From the NCBI GenBank assembly GCA_944392455.1, contig CALXWP010000003.1:26183-90182 (forward strand): 64,000 nucleotides of DNA, given 5' to 3'. The notes beneath the pieces were generated by a model. That model made no database searches. It worked only from the letters and a program-made list of their open reading frames with translations, and was not told the origin of the DNA. The position numbers were made by a program, and so were the translations under genes. This document shows, piece by piece, positions 1-10,622 of the stretch (position 1 is the stretch's first letter; each line of letters opens with the position of its first letter). The stretch comes from an uncultured Clostridia bacterium. GTDB taxonomy: Bacteria; Bacillota; Clostridia; TANB77; CAG-508.

Positions 1-2
1 TG

Positions 3-1859
3 CCAAATAAAACAGCTGATTTAGAAGAAACAAAAGAAGAGAAAACTTATGAAATGTTAGAAAATTCAACAGATTTAAGCAATATTCAAATAATGGATCT
101 ATTAGAAGAAATGCCAGAAGATGCAAGGAAAACAGTTTTAGAGCAATTCAATAGTACAGTATCGCAAATGTCAGACTCATTAAAAGAGCAAGCAGCTATA
201 TCTGAGGTAAAAACAATTTATAGTAACCTAGGTGTAGATACAGACAAATTACAAAATGATTACATATTAATGTCTGGTTTGCAAATGCTTGGTATTGCAC
301 TAATAAGTATGATTTCAGCAGTATTAATTATGCTATGCTCGTCAAGAGTTGCAGCAAAACTAGGAAAAACTTTAAGAGATAAAGTATTTAAAAAAGTATT
401 AAGCTTTTCAACAGCTGAACTTAGAGAATTTTCAACAGCATCTTTAATTACACGTAGCACCAACGATATACAGCAAATTCAAATGCTAATTGCCATTTTA
501 TTTAGAGTAGTTATATATGCACCAATTATTGGTATTGGTGGATTTGTAAAAGTTCTTACAACAAGTGATAATTCAATGGCATGGATTATAGGTGTAGCAA
601 TAGTTTCAATTCTATTTGTAGTAGGTACACTATTTATAATAGCAATGCCTAAATTTAAAAAACTACAAGATTTAATTGATAAATTAAACCAAGTATCAAG
701 AGAAATTTTAACAGGACTTCCTGTAATTAGAGCATTTAATAAAGAGAAAAAGGAAGAAGCACGTTTTGACGACTCAAACAAAAACTTAATGAAAACAAAT
801 ATTTTTGTAAACAGAGCAATGTCAATGATGATGCCACTTTTAATGTTCATAATGAGTTCAATTACAGTACTTATCGTATGGGTAGGAGCACATAATGTAG
901 ATGCAGGAACATTACAAGTTGGAGATATGATGGCATTTATCCAATATACAATGCAAATTGTAATGGCATTCTTAATGATATCTATGATATCAATTATGCT
1001 TCCAAGAGCAGCAGTGTCTGCAAGACGTATTAACGAAGTAGTAGATACTATGCCAAGCATAAAAGATAAAGAAGAAACAAAGAAATTTAATCTAGACAAA
1101 AAAGGTTTGGTAGAGTTTAAAAATGTTTCGTTTAGATACCCTGATGCAGACACAGAAATACTAGAAGATATTAACTTCACTGCAGAACCAGGAAAAACAA
1201 CAGCACTAATTGGTAGTACAGGTAGTGGTAAGTCTACAGTAGTAAACTTAATTCCTAGATTTTATGACGTAACAGAGGGAGAACTTTTAGTAGATGGTGT
1301 AAATGTAAAGGACGTAGCACAAAAAGATTTAAGAGATATTATAGGATTTGTTCCACAAAAAGGTGTGTTATTCTCTGGAACAATTGAGTCAAATATTAAA
1401 TATGCAGACGAAAATATGTCTGATGAGCAAATGTTAAAAGCAGCTGAAATTGCCCAAGCTAAAGAATTTATAGATACAAAACCAGAAAAATATAAAGATC
1501 CTATTGCTCAAGGGGGAAGTAATGTATCTGGTGGACAAAAACAACGTTTATCTATAGCTAGAGCAATAGCTAAAGATCCAGAAATATTTATATTTGATGA
1601 TAGCTTTTCAGCTTTAGATTTTAAAACAGATAGTAAATTACGTGAAGCTTTAGCAGAAAAAACAGAAAATAAAACAGTTATAATAGTTGCTCAAAGAATT
1701 AGTACTATTTTAAATGCAGATAAAATAATCGTACTAGAGGAAGGTAAAATAGTAGGAGAGGGCACACATGAAGAATTAATGGAAAATAATGAAACATATA
1801 GACAAATCGCTTTATCACAATTGTCAGAAGATGAATTAAATGGGAAAGGAGGAAAATAG
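3..1859 (+). CDS. ABC exporter, fused permease/ATPase, degenerate-site half of a TM287/288-like heterodimer; 5' end lies outside the window
   Basis: Frame is open from position 3. TM region followed by Walker A GSTGSGKS, signature VSGGQKQR and degenerate Walker B FDDSFSALD; Q replaces the switch His (VAQR). Confidence 0.93.
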   Translation, partial: PNKTADLEETKEEKTYEMLENSTDLSNIQIMDLLEEMPEDARKTVLEQFNSTVSQMSDSLKEQAAISEVKTIYSNLGVDTDKLQNDYILMSGLQMLGIALISMISAVLIMLCSSRVAAKLGKTLRDKVFKKVLSFSTAELREFSTASLITRSTNDIQQIQMLIAILFRVVIYAPIIGIGGFVKVLTTSDNSMAWIIGVAIVSILFVVGTLFIIAMPKFKKLQDLIDKLNQVSREILTGLPVIRAFNKEKKEEARFDDSNKNLMKTNIFVNRAMSMMMPLLMFIMSSITVLIVWVGAHNVDAGTLQVGDMMAFIQYTMQIVMAFLMISMISIMLPRAAVSARRINEVVDTMPSIKDKEETKKFNLDKKGLVEFKNVSFRYPDADTEILEDINFTAEPGKTTALIGSTGSGKSTVVNLIPRFYDVTEGELLVDGVNVKDVAQKDLRDIIGFVPQKGVLFSGTIESNIKYADENMSDEQMLKAAEIAQAKEFIDTKPEKYKDPIAQGGSNVSGGQKQRLSIARAIAKDPEIFIFDDSFSALDFKTDSKLREALAEKTENKTVIIVAQRISTILNADKIIVLEEGKIVGEGTHEELMENNETYRQIALSQLSEDELNGKGGK

Positions 1860-3683
1860 ATGCCAGGTGGACCAATGGGTGGACCTATGAGAAGAGGTCA
1901 AAATACAGAAAAACCAAAAGATTTTAAAAAGACTACAAAGAAATTAATAGATTCTTATCTATCTAAATACAAAATTGGAATAATAATAGTAATCATTTTT
2001 GCAATAGGAAGTACAATATTTACTATTGTAGGACCAAAAATATTAGGTAATGCTACAACAGAAATATTTAATGGAATTGTTAGTAAATTATCTGGTGGAA
2101 GCGGAATAGATTTTGGAAAAATTGGGCAAATTGCAATAATGCTTTTAGGACTATATTTGTTAAGTGCAATATTTTCCTTCGTTCAAGGATTTACAATGAC
2201 AGGAATAGCACAAAAATTAACATATAGAATACGTAATGATATTGCAGTAAAAATTAATAAACTTCCAATGAATTATTTTGATAAAAGAACAAATGGTGAA
2301 GTTTTATCAATTATTACAAATGATATTGATACTTTGAGTATGAACTTAAACCAAAGTATAACACAAATAATTACATCTATTTGTACAATTATAGGAATAT
2401 TAATCATGATGTTTTCTATTAGTTGGCAGATGACTTTAATATCATTAGTTATACTTCCTGTGGCTGCAATAATTGTAAAAATTATTGTTGGAAAGTCTCA
2501 AAAATATTTTAGTAGACAACAGGAATATTTAGGTCATGTAAATGGTCAAGTTGAAGAAATTTATGGCGGACTTACAGTTGTAAAAGCTTTTAATGCTGAA
2601 AATAAAGTTACAAATGCATTTGATAAAGCAAATGATGAATTATATAAATCAGCATGGAAATCACAATTCTTATCTGGTTTAATGCATCCTGTTATGAACT
2701 TTATATCAAATATTGGATATGTTGGAGTTGCAGTAGCTGGCGGATATTTGGCAATAAATGGAACTATTACAGTTGGTAATATTCAAAGTTTTATTCAATA
2801 TAATAAACAATTTACACAACCAATAAACCAAATAGCTCAAATATCAAGTATGTTACAATCTATGGTTGCTGCAGCAGAGAGAGTATTTGAGTTCTTAGAA
2901 GAACCAGAAGAAGTAAATACAACAAAAGGAAATATAGATACAAGTAAATTAAAAGGAAATGTAGAATTTAAACATGTTAAATTTGGATACAATCCAGATA
3001 AAATAATCATAAAAGACTTTAGTGCAAAAGTTAAAGAAGGACAAAAAATTGCTATTGTTGGACCAACTGGTGCTGGTAAAACAACTATGGTAAAACTTCT
3101 TATGAGATTTTATGACGTTACAGATGGAGAGATATTAGTTGATGGGCATAATATAAAAGATTTTGACAGAGGAGAGCTTCGTAAAATGTTTGGTATGGTA
3201 CTTCAAGATACATGGCTATTTGGAGGTACTGTAAAAGATAATATTAAATATGGTAAAGAAGATGCAACAGATGATGAAGTAATACAAGCAGCAAAAGCTG
3301 CACATGTACATCACTATATAAAAACATTACCCAATGGATATAATTCAATTATAAATGAAGAATCATCAAATATATCTGCAGGACAAAAACAATTACTTAC
3401 TATTGCAAGAGTAATTATGGCGGATCCTAAAATATTGATCTTAGATGAAGCAACAAGCTCTATAGATACAAGAACAGAAATACAAATTCAAGCTGCAATG
3501 GATAATCTTATGAAAGGTAGAACAAGTTTTGTTATTGCTCACAGATTATCAACTATTAAAAATTCTGATTTAATTTTAGTTATGAATCAAGGTGACATAG
3601 TAGAACAAGGTACACATGAAGAATTATTAGCAAAAGGCGGGTTTTATGCAGAGTTGTACAACAGTCAATTCGACGAGCTTTGA
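1860..3683 (+). CDS. ABC exporter, fused permease/ATPase, consensus half of the heterodimer
   Basis: Walker A GPTGAGKT, ISAGQKQL, LDEATSSID, IAHRLSTI; abuts the upstream partner gene. Confidence 0.95.
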   Translation: MPGGPMGGPMRRGQNTEKPKDFKKTTKKLIDSYLSKYKIGIIIVIIFAIGSTIFTIVGPKILGNATTEIFNGIVSKLSGGSGIDFGKIGQIAIMLLGLYLLSAIFSFVQGFTMTGIAQKLTYRIRNDIAVKINKLPMNYFDKRTNGEVLSIITNDIDTLSMNLNQSITQIITSICTIIGILIMMFSISWQMTLISLVILPVAAIIVKIIVGKSQKYFSRQQEYLGHVNGQVEEIYGGLTVVKAFNAENKVTNAFDKANDELYKSAWKSQFLSGLMHPVMNFISNIGYVGVAVAGGYLAINGTITVGNIQSFIQYNKQFTQPINQIAQISSMLQSMVAAAERVFEFLEEPEEVNTTKGNIDTSKLKGNVEFKHVKFGYNPDKIIIKDFSAKVKEGQKIAIVGPTGAGKTTMVKLLMRFYDVTDGEILVDGHNIKDFDRGELRKMFGMVLQDTWLFGGTVKDNIKYGKEDATDDEVIQAAKAAHVHHYIKTLPNGYNSIINEESSNISAGQKQLLTIARVIMADPKILILDEATSSIDTRTEIQIQAAMDNLMKGRTSFVIAHRLSTIKNSDLILVMNQGDIVEQGTHEELLAKGGFYAELYNSQFDEL

Positions 3684-3868
3684 TGGATGAAAAAATAGAA
3701 TATTTTGTTGCATATGAGAAAGAACATTTTGAGAATATCTCCACGAAACACAAAGGCAAAATGCAAAATATTATAAATAGTAAAAAGTTTAATGTTAAGT
3801 GGGCTTTGCCGCTTAAAGATTTTGAAATAGAAGTGAATAAAGAAAATAAAGTATATGATAATTTATAA
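3683..3868 (+). CDS. small hypothetical protein or gene remnant
   Basis: ATG overlaps the upstream TGA (TGATG); 61 aa; no recognisable motif. Confidence 0.35.
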   Translation: MDEKIEYFVAYEKEHFENISTKHKGKMQNIINSKKFNVKWALPLKDFEIEVNKENKVYDNL

Positions 3869-3955
3869 TCATATGCTTTATTTTTATAAAAAAGAAAATT
3901 ATTCTATTGACAGCAGAACATATGTTTGATAAAATTGGCAAAAGGATGTGATATT

Positions 3956-4756
3956 ATGAAAAATTTCGAAGTCTTAGATACAAGAATAAACTATTATAAC
4001 GAAGGTAATGAAGATTATATATCTTTAACAGATATGCTAAAATCAAAGGACGGCGAATTCTTTATTTCAGATTGGTTAAGAAATAGAAATACAATTGAAT
4101 TTTTAGGAATATGGGAAGAATTGCATAATCCTAATTTTAATTATGGCGAATTCGCCATAATTAAAAGTCAAGCAGGTTTAAATAGTTACAAAATAAGTGT
4201 TAAAGAGTGGTAAAATAAAACAAATGCAATTGGAATAGTTGCAAAAACAGGAAGATATGGAGGAACTTATGCACATAAGGATATAGCCTTTGAGTTTGGA
4301 ATGTGGATTAGCCCAAAATTTAAAATATATTTAATTAAAGAATTTGAAAGATTAAAACAAGAAGAACAAAAAGAAGTAGGATGGAATGCAAAGAGAGATT
4401 TAGCAAAAGTTAACTATAGAATACACACGGATGCAATAAAAAATAATTTAATACCTAAAGAATTAACTAGCAAGCAAATAAATTTAGTATACGCAGAAGA
4501 AGCTGACGTATTAAATATGGCATTATTTGGAATGACAGCAAAAGAATGGAGAGAAAAGAATTCAAATAAAAAAGGGAATATAAGAGATTATGCAAGTATA
4601 AATGAATTAATATGTTTAGCAAATTTAGAAAATACAAATTCAATATTTATAAATGAAGGAATGCAACAATCTGACAGATTATATAAATTAAATCAAATAG
4701 CAATTTCACAAATGAAAATATTAACAAAGGATAATGAAACAAAATTATTAAAATAA
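3956..4756 (+). pseudogene. KilA-N domain DNA-binding protein with one in-frame TAA at 4211-4213
   Basis: ORFs 3926-4213 and 4301-4756 share a frame. The text reads through as KISVKEW*NKTNAIGIVAKTGRYGGTYAHKDIAFEFGMWISPKFK; DYISLTDM, WLRNRNTIEFLG and GRYGGTYAH are typical KilA-N motifs. Confidence 0.85.
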
Positions 4757-4786
4757 AATGAAAAAGATGATAACTTACCATATTCA

Positions 4787-4990
4787 TTGTTAAAATTCAT
4801 GACTAAAAATAAGACAATTAATAAGTTTAAGGAAAATGGAAAAAATATACTAGAAACAGGATATAGTATATTAAAAAGTATGGCAAAAGGAATAGATATT
4901 AATTTAGGAATAATAAATATAAAGCCAGGAGAGGCTATGGATGAGGTACAAAAATTAGATGAAGAAAGAGTAAAAAATATAAAAGACTGA
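4787..4990 (+). CDS. small hypothetical protein
   Basis: 67-aa ORF ending at a terminator hairpin; no clear RBS. Confidence 0.3.
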   Translation: MLKFMTKNKTINKFKENGKNILETGYSILKSMAKGIDINLGIINIKPGEAMDEVQKLDEERVKNIKD

Positions 4991-5008
4991 CTTAAAGTCA
5001 GTCTTTTT
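4981..5008. terminator. bidirectional intrinsic terminator
   Basis: AAAAGACTGACTT-A-AAGTCAGTCTTTTT inverted repeat between convergent genes. Confidence 0.85.
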
Positions 5009-5012
5009 GTTA

Positions 5013-5384
5013 CTATTGTTGTTCTCCAGGAAGGAAGTAATCAACAACACCATATACTAAAGCACCTACTATTGCTGCAATCCAAGATACTGTGTATCCT
5101 GCAACGAAATATTGAGTTACATATAAAACTACTGCAGAAAGAACAAAACCTACGAAACCTTTACCAAAGCTACTTGCATGTAGGCCAGTAAATCTAGTGA
5201 TTAAATAATCTATTATAGTAAGAACTACTGCAGCTGCAGCTAATGCCCAAATACTGCTAATTTGAAAACCAGGTGTAAAAAATGCTGTTATAGCAAGAAC
5301 TATTGCTGCTGTAACTAATCTTCCGACGATTTGCCATACTGTAGAAGTAGTGTTACCTCTTGATTGAGCTTGATTATTTTCCAT
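5013..5384 (-). CDS. 4-TM phage-holin-family / YvlD-like membrane protein
   Basis: Four hydrophobic helices, AFFTPGFQISS motif, AAGGAGG RBS upstream. Confidence 0.75.
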   Translation of the reverse strand: MENNQAQSRGNTTSTVWQIVGRLVTAAIVLAITAFFTPGFQISSIWALAAAAVVLTIIDYLITRFTGLHASSFGKGFVGFVLSAVVLYVTQYFVAGYTVSWIAAIVGALVYGVVDYFLPGEQQ

Positions 5385-5665
5385 ATAAACCTCCTTATAA
5401 ATCTATTTAAACAGATTAAAATGTAGAAAATTAAAAAGTTATAGGTTATAGATATATAATCTATATCAAAGATTAAGTGATTAAAAATACTCTAAATAAT
5501 TTATTGAAATCTAAGAAGAATTGCTTAATTTTTTTTTAATTTTTTATCTTTGATATTACTAATATTATTTGCAGAAAAAAATATTTTATACAAATTATTT
5601 AGAAGTATGAATATTTTAAAGAAAAAATGCAAAAAATAAATATAAAATAAAAAAAGGAGACAAAA

Positions 5666-6340
5666 ATGCTAATAACATTTTTAAGAACAATATTTTTATA
5701 CATAATTGTTTTAATAGTAATGAGATTAATGGGAAAAAGAGAAATAGGGCAACTTCAACCTTTTGAGCTTGCTATATCTATTATGATAGCAGATTTGGCT
5801 TCAACTCCAATGGCAGATCCAGGAATACCAATAATTAATGGAATAATACCAATTTTAGCTTTACTTGTAATGCATTTGTTAATATCAATAATAAATATAA
5901 AAAGTATTAAAGCGAGAACTATTCTTTGCGGTAAACCTTCAATACTTATATATAGAGGAAGAATTGATGAAAAAATGTTAAAAAAGGAAAGATTTACTGT
6001 AAATGAATTAGAAGAAAGACTTAGAGGAAATAATATAGTTAATATTGGAGATGTTGAGTATGCAATATTAGAAACAAGCGGGCAAATAACAGTAATAGAA
6101 AAGCCAAAGAAAAGAGTTCCTACTTTAGGTGATTTAAATATAGATGCAGAATATGAAGGAATACCATATGATTTAGTAGTTGATGGAAAAGTAATGTATG
6201 AGAATCTGAAAAAATTGGATAAAGATTATAATTGGCTAAGAAAACAAGTTTTAAAATTTGGAATAGAACCGAACCAAGCATTAATTGTTACTATAGATGG
6301 AAAAGGAGAGATTTTTTGTCAAGAAAAAAGTATGCCATAA
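5666..6340 (+). CDS. DUF421 (YetF/YdfR-like) membrane protein
   Basis: RLMGKREIGQLQPFEL and YAILETSGQITV motifs; AAGGAG RBS. Confidence 0.9.
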   Translation: MLITFLRTIFLYIIVLIVMRLMGKREIGQLQPFELAISIMIADLASTPMADPGIPIINGIIPILALLVMHLLISIINIKSIKARTILCGKPSILIYRGRIDEKMLKKERFTVNELEERLRGNNIVNIGDVEYAILETSGQITVIEKPKKRVPTLGDLNIDAEYEGIPYDLVVDGKVMYENLKKLDKDYNWLRKQVLKFGIEPNQALIVTIDGKGEIFCQEKSMP

Positions 6341-6358
6341 TTTGAGAAAGGATTTAAC

Positions 6359-6748
6359 ATGAAGAAAGAACTTGTTATTTGTATTATTATTGTTGGCTTA
6401 ATAATTATAACTAATATTATAGCTCAAAACTATACAAAAGTATGTGTTGAGAATATAACAGGTAAATTATATGAATTAGAAGAAATTATTCTTAGTAATG
6501 ATAATAACAATGATCAAATTTATCAAAAAATATATGACACTGATTCAGAATGGCATAGATTTCATAATAAACTTGCATTTTATATAGAACATGATGAATT
6601 AGAAAAAGTCGAAACAAGAATTTCAAATATAAAGGGATTAGATAAAAAAAACAAGTATGATGATATGTTACCACAAATAGAGGAATGTATATTTTTGTTA
6701 GAACATATAAGAGATAAACATGCAATAACTGCTATAAATATTTTTTAG
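6359..6748 (+). CDS. DUF4363 family protein
   Basis: N-terminal TM, W...LAFYIEHDELEKVE motif, usual neighbour of DUF421. Confidence 0.75.
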   Translation: MKKELVICIIIVGLIIITNIIAQNYTKVCVENITGKLYELEEIILSNDNNNDQIYQKIYDTDSEWHRFHNKLAFYIEHDELEKVETRISNIKGLDKKNKYDDMLPQIEECIFLLEHIRDKHAITAINIF

Positions 6749-6838
6749 TATAATAAAATTATATAAAACACTTGAATAATAAAACAATATATGATAGAAT
6801 ATCATATGTTATGATTAGTGGCAAAGTGAGGGAAAAAT

Positions 6839-7090
6839 ATGATAGAAGTAATAAGAAATATAGTATTAGGTATATATGTTTTAGTTTGTGTTGTTTTAAT
6901 TATCTTAGCAACAATACAAGCAAAAGATCAAAGTGGTGCATCTCAAACAATTACTGGTGCTGCTGCAAATAACTTTTATGAACAAAATAAAGGTAGAACT
7001 AAAGAAGGAAGAATAAAAAGAGCAACAGTTATTTCAGGAGTATTATTTGTTATACTTGCAATAGCACTTTCAATATTAATGGTAATGTAA
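6839..7090 (+). CDS. secG: preprotein translocase subunit SecG
   Basis: 83 aa, two TM helices around a Q..K..GAS..ITG linker, directly upstream of rnr. Confidence 0.85.
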   Translation: MIEVIRNIVLGIYVLVCVVLIILATIQAKDQSGASQTITGAAANNFYEQNKGRTKEGRIKRATVISGVLFVILAIALSILMVM

Positions 7091-7199
7091 TTAAATTATA
7101 ATAAATAAATGGGACATATATATCTAAAAATAAATATATATGTTCTTTTATTTTTGCAAAAAAATTAATAAAAATTTTATTAAAAAGGAAAGTGAAATT

Positions 7200-9149
7200 A
7201 TGAAACATAAAAGAAATCATAAAAAGGAATATAAAAAGACAAATAAGAAACAAGAAAATATTAGAAGAATAAAGATTAGTAATAAAAATAATGAAAGAAA
7301 GCACAACAATAATAGAATTAAGGTTAAAGAAGATAGTAAAATATTTGAATTAGAAAAAGACACAATTGTAGGTACTTTTCAAAAAAGCAGAAACTTTGGA
7401 TTTGTTGTACCAGATGATAGAAAATTAGGTTCTGATATATTTATATCTAAAAAAGATAGTATGAAAGCAAAAAACAACCAAAAGGTAGTTGTACAAATAA
7501 CAAAAATGCCTTGTAAGGATAAAAGTGCAGAAGGAAAAATAATAGAAATAATTGGTGATATAGATCAAGCTGGTGTTGATATGATGTCACTAATTAAAGA
7601 ATACGATCTTCCTTATGAATTTCCTAAAGAAGTTATAAACGAAGCTAAAATGATTAGCCAAACCATCGATGAAAAAGATATAAAAAATAGAAAAGATTTA
7701 AGAGAAGAAGAGATCTTTACTATAGATGGAGAAGATGCAAAAGACTTAGATGATGCTGTTAATGTAAAAAGATTAGATAATGGAAATTATTGCTTAGGTG
7801 TCCATATAGCAGATGTTAGCCATTATGTTAAAGAAGGATCTTTTTTAGATAAAGAAGCGATTATTAGAGGAACTAGTGTATATATGCTAGATAGAGTCAT
7901 ACCAATGCTTCCTGTGGAATTATCAAATGGAATATGTAGTTTAAATGAAGGAAAAGATAGATTTGCAATTTCATGCATTATGGAAATAAATAAAGAGGGA
8001 AAGGTTGTATCATCCGATATATTTAAAAGTGTTATTAATGTAACTAGAAGAATGAGTTATACAAATGTACAAAAGATCTTAGATAATTCAGATGAAGAAG
8101 TTGTTAAAGAATATAATAAATATATAAACCATTTTAAATTAATGGAAAAGCTTGCACATATTCTAAAGGAAAGAAGAAACAAAGATGGATCTTTGAATTT
8201 AGATATTCCTGAAACTAAAGTAGTATTAGATGAAAATGGTATTGCAGTAGATATAAAAAAATATGAATTAACATTTGCAAATGAAATAATAGAGCAATTT
8301 ATGCTTACTGCAAATGAAACAGTAGCTGAAAAGTTCTTCTGGCTTGAAGCTCCATTTATTTATAGAGTCCATGAAGCGCCAGATATGGAAAAAGTATCTG
8401 AGTTAAACAAATTTTTATATAATTTAGGATATAAAATAAAAACAAGTAAAGATGAAGTTCATCCAAAAGCTTTTTCTGTTATTTTAGATGAAATAACAGG
8501 AAAACCAGAAGAAAGAGTAATATCTAATTTGGTATTAAGAACATTAAAAGTTGCAAGATATGAAAGTGAAAATAAAGGTCACTTTGGAATTGCAAGTAAA
8601 TATTATTGCCATTTTACATCTCCAATTAGAAGATATCCAGATCTTTTCATTCATAGAATAATATCTAAATATTTAAGGAGCGGATATAATTTATCTGAAG
8701 AAGAGATTTCAAAATATTCTAATGAAGCAACAAAATATGCTGAAAGTTCATCAGAAAGAGAAAAGGTTGCACAAGCTGTGGAAAGAGAAAGTATAGATAT
8801 TAAAATGGCAGAATATATGCAGTCACATATTGGTGAAGAATATGATGGAATTATATCAAGTATAATGTCTTTTGGCGTATTTGTAGAATTAGAAAACACA
8901 GTAGAAGGAATGATTAGATTTGATAAACTAGGAGATGAATATTTTATATATGATGAGAATACTAAGACATTACTCGGAGAAAATACTAAGACAATGTATC
9001 ATATAGGGGATAGTATTAGAATAAGAGTAATTAAAGCAAGCAAAGAATTAAGACAAATTGATTTTGAAAAAGTAGTTAAAGAAGAGGAAGATATAGAGGA
9101 AACAGATGAAGAACAAGAAAAAATAAATAAAGAGGAAGAAAATATTTAA
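7200..9149 (+). CDS. rnr: ribonuclease R
   Basis: FTIDGEDAKDLDDA catalytic motif, HFTSPIRRYPDL, C-terminal S1 domain; start at ATG 7200 after AAAGGA. Confidence 0.95.
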   Translation: MKHKRNHKKEYKKTNKKQENIRRIKISNKNNERKHNNNRIKVKEDSKIFELEKDTIVGTFQKSRNFGFVVPDDRKLGSDIFISKKDSMKAKNNQKVVVQITKMPCKDKSAEGKIIEIIGDIDQAGVDMMSLIKEYDLPYEFPKEVINEAKMISQTIDEKDIKNRKDLREEEIFTIDGEDAKDLDDAVNVKRLDNGNYCLGVHIADVSHYVKEGSFLDKEAIIRGTSVYMLDRVIPMLPVELSNGICSLNEGKDRFAISCIMEINKEGKVVSSDIFKSVINVTRRMSYTNVQKILDNSDEEVVKEYNKYINHFKLMEKLAHILKERRNKDGSLNLDIPETKVVLDENGIAVDIKKYELTFANEIIEQFMLTANETVAEKFFWLEAPFIYRVHEAPDMEKVSELNKFLYNLGYKIKTSKDEVHPKAFSVILDEITGKPEERVISNLVLRTLKVARYESENKGHFGIASKYYCHFTSPIRRYPDLFIHRIISKYLRSGYNLSEEEISKYSNEATKYAESSSEREKVAQAVERESIDIKMAEYMQSHIGEEYDGIISSIMSFGVFVELENTVEGMIRFDKLGDEYFIYDENTKTLLGENTKTMYHIGDSIRIRVIKASKELRQIDFEKVVKEEEDIEETDEEQEKINKEEENI

Positions 9150-9181
9150 TAGTAAATAAAAAAGAATAATATAAGCATATA

Positions 9182-9214
9182 AAAAATACCTTAAAATAAT
9201 TTTAAGGTATTTTT
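9182..9214. terminator. bidirectional intrinsic terminator between rnr and the ger operon
   Basis: AAAAATACCTTAAAA-TAA-TTTTAAGGTATTTTT perfect inverted repeat. Confidence 0.85.
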
Positions 9215-9218
9215 GTAT

Positions 9219-9374
9219 TTATACAACTAAATTAGGAGCAATTAAGCAAAAAATAGATAATATAAAAAGTATAATTCCAGCTGATTTGTTATTATTATCC
9301 TTAAATTCTACATATCCAGTAATAAGAGTTTCAAAAAAGGCGTATATAGATGTTAAAAAAATTATAAAATTCAT
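9219..9374 (-). CDS. small 2-TM protein, candidate germinant receptor D subunit (missing from the ORF track)
   Basis: 51 aa MNFIIFLTSIYAFFETLITGYVEFKDNNNKSAGIILFILSIFCLIAPNLVV; AGAAGGAG RBS inside the end of gerC; ends at the terminator. Confidence 0.7.
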   Translation of the reverse strand: MNFIIFLTSIYAFFETLITGYVEFKDNNNKSAGIILFILSIFCLIAPNLVV

Positions 9375-9377
9375 ATA

Positions 9378-10622
9378 TTATTCTCCTTCTGATGTATCTA
9401 CTAATAAATAACTTGATCTTAAATTAATGTGTACATCTACATTAAAGAAAGCATCTTGATAATGGTGTAGCCAATTATAAGATTTCCATTCATCTTGTGT
9501 AGAAAAATATTTTAAAGCATATAATCCAAATTTATCAATATCTGAATTAAGCTCTTTAGAAGTTTTATATAAATAGTTGTAGAGTTTTTCTTTTAAGAAA
9601 TCTTCTGCAGCTTTTTCAATTTTAGAAGTTACTTCTTCATCATTTAAATCTATATCTCTATTCATTGATTGCATTTTTGCAGTTATTTTCACATTTGATT
9701 TTATATATGGAGTAGAATTAGTTAAATATACGGAGCTTCTTGTTTTGTCGTCAAGTTCTAAATACAGATCTATATAATCTAAATTTTCTATAGGACTAGG
9801 TATTCTAATTTGTGCATTTTTTAATTTATTTGACATTATTAAGTGACAAATAGATTCTAAGCCATTTAATTCTCCAATTAGCTTATCACTTTTAAAAACG
9901 GCAAGCCCCATATTTTCTACACCTGTTTCTCCAGAAATTGGAGTTTGACCAGCAGTATAATATGAATCACTATTAGAACTTTCAGAAGAAATATCTTGAG
10001 TTTGATTAGTGTTAATCGATCCTAGTATTGCAACAGGTTCTGATGAGCTATCTGTTATAGCAGATAAAAATTCATTACAAGTAATGCTCTCTGTATAACC
10101 AGTGTATTCACTAGAAGTTGGAGCTATTTCATAATACCTGGCTGAAACTTTATCAAGTAATGGGGCAGAATATTCTAAATAAGTTTGGGCATCGCATTTA
10201 CTAATAATTATATTTGAGTCAGACCTAAATTGCACATCATTTATAAGAGTATATAAATATTCTTCTACACCTTCATATGCCAGGTCTTCTGATATAACTA
10301 AAACTTTACAATGAGATAAATTAACTTCTTTTCCTAAATAGCTATTAAATAATGTGATACCAGTATTTATAGAAGGACAGTCTATTGAATTTATAACAAC
10401 TGATGAAGATTGAGAAGAACTACTAGAAGAACTATCATCACTACTAGTGACAGATATTTGAAGACTTAACCTTAGATTTTCCTCATCTCCGATATCTAAA
10501 CCAATTGCTACAACATATGCTAGATTATCAATACCTTTTATTCCATAATAATTTGCTGATGAAATAATTAAAAGTAAAACTAATATGAAAATTGCAAAGA
10601 TTTTTCTTATTTTAAACTTCAC
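9378..10622 (-). CDS. gerKC: spore germination receptor C subunit, Ger(x)C family
   Basis: IDNLAYVVAIGLD, LSHCKVLVISEDLA and GLAVFKSDKLIGEL motifs; operon context. Confidence 0.88.
   Translation of the reverse strand: MKFKIRKIFAIFILVLLLIISSANYYGIKGIDNLAYVVAIGLDIGDEENLRLSLQISVTSSDDSSSSSSSQSSSVVINSIDCPSINTGITLFNSYLGKEVNLSHCKVLVISEDLAYEGVEEYLYTLINDVQFRSDSNIIISKCDAQTYLEYSAPLLDKVSARYYEIAPTSSEYTGYTESITCNEFLSAITDSSSEPVAILGSINTNQTQDISSESSNSDSYYTAGQTPISGETGVENMGLAVFKSDKLIGELNGLESICHLIMSNKLKNAQIRIPSPIENLDYIDLYLELDDKTRSSVYLTNSTPYIKSNVKITAKMQSMNRDIDLNDEEVTSKIEKAAEDFLKEKLYNYLYKTSKELNSDIDKFGLYALKYFSTQDEWKSYNWLHHYQDAFFNVDVHINLRSSYLLVDTSEGE

Noticed and set aside
4211..4213. In-frame TAA in the KilA-N gene as stop-codon readthrough or reassignment
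   Set aside because: Single case; TAA ends many intact genes here. A nonsense mutation in an accessory gene is simpler.
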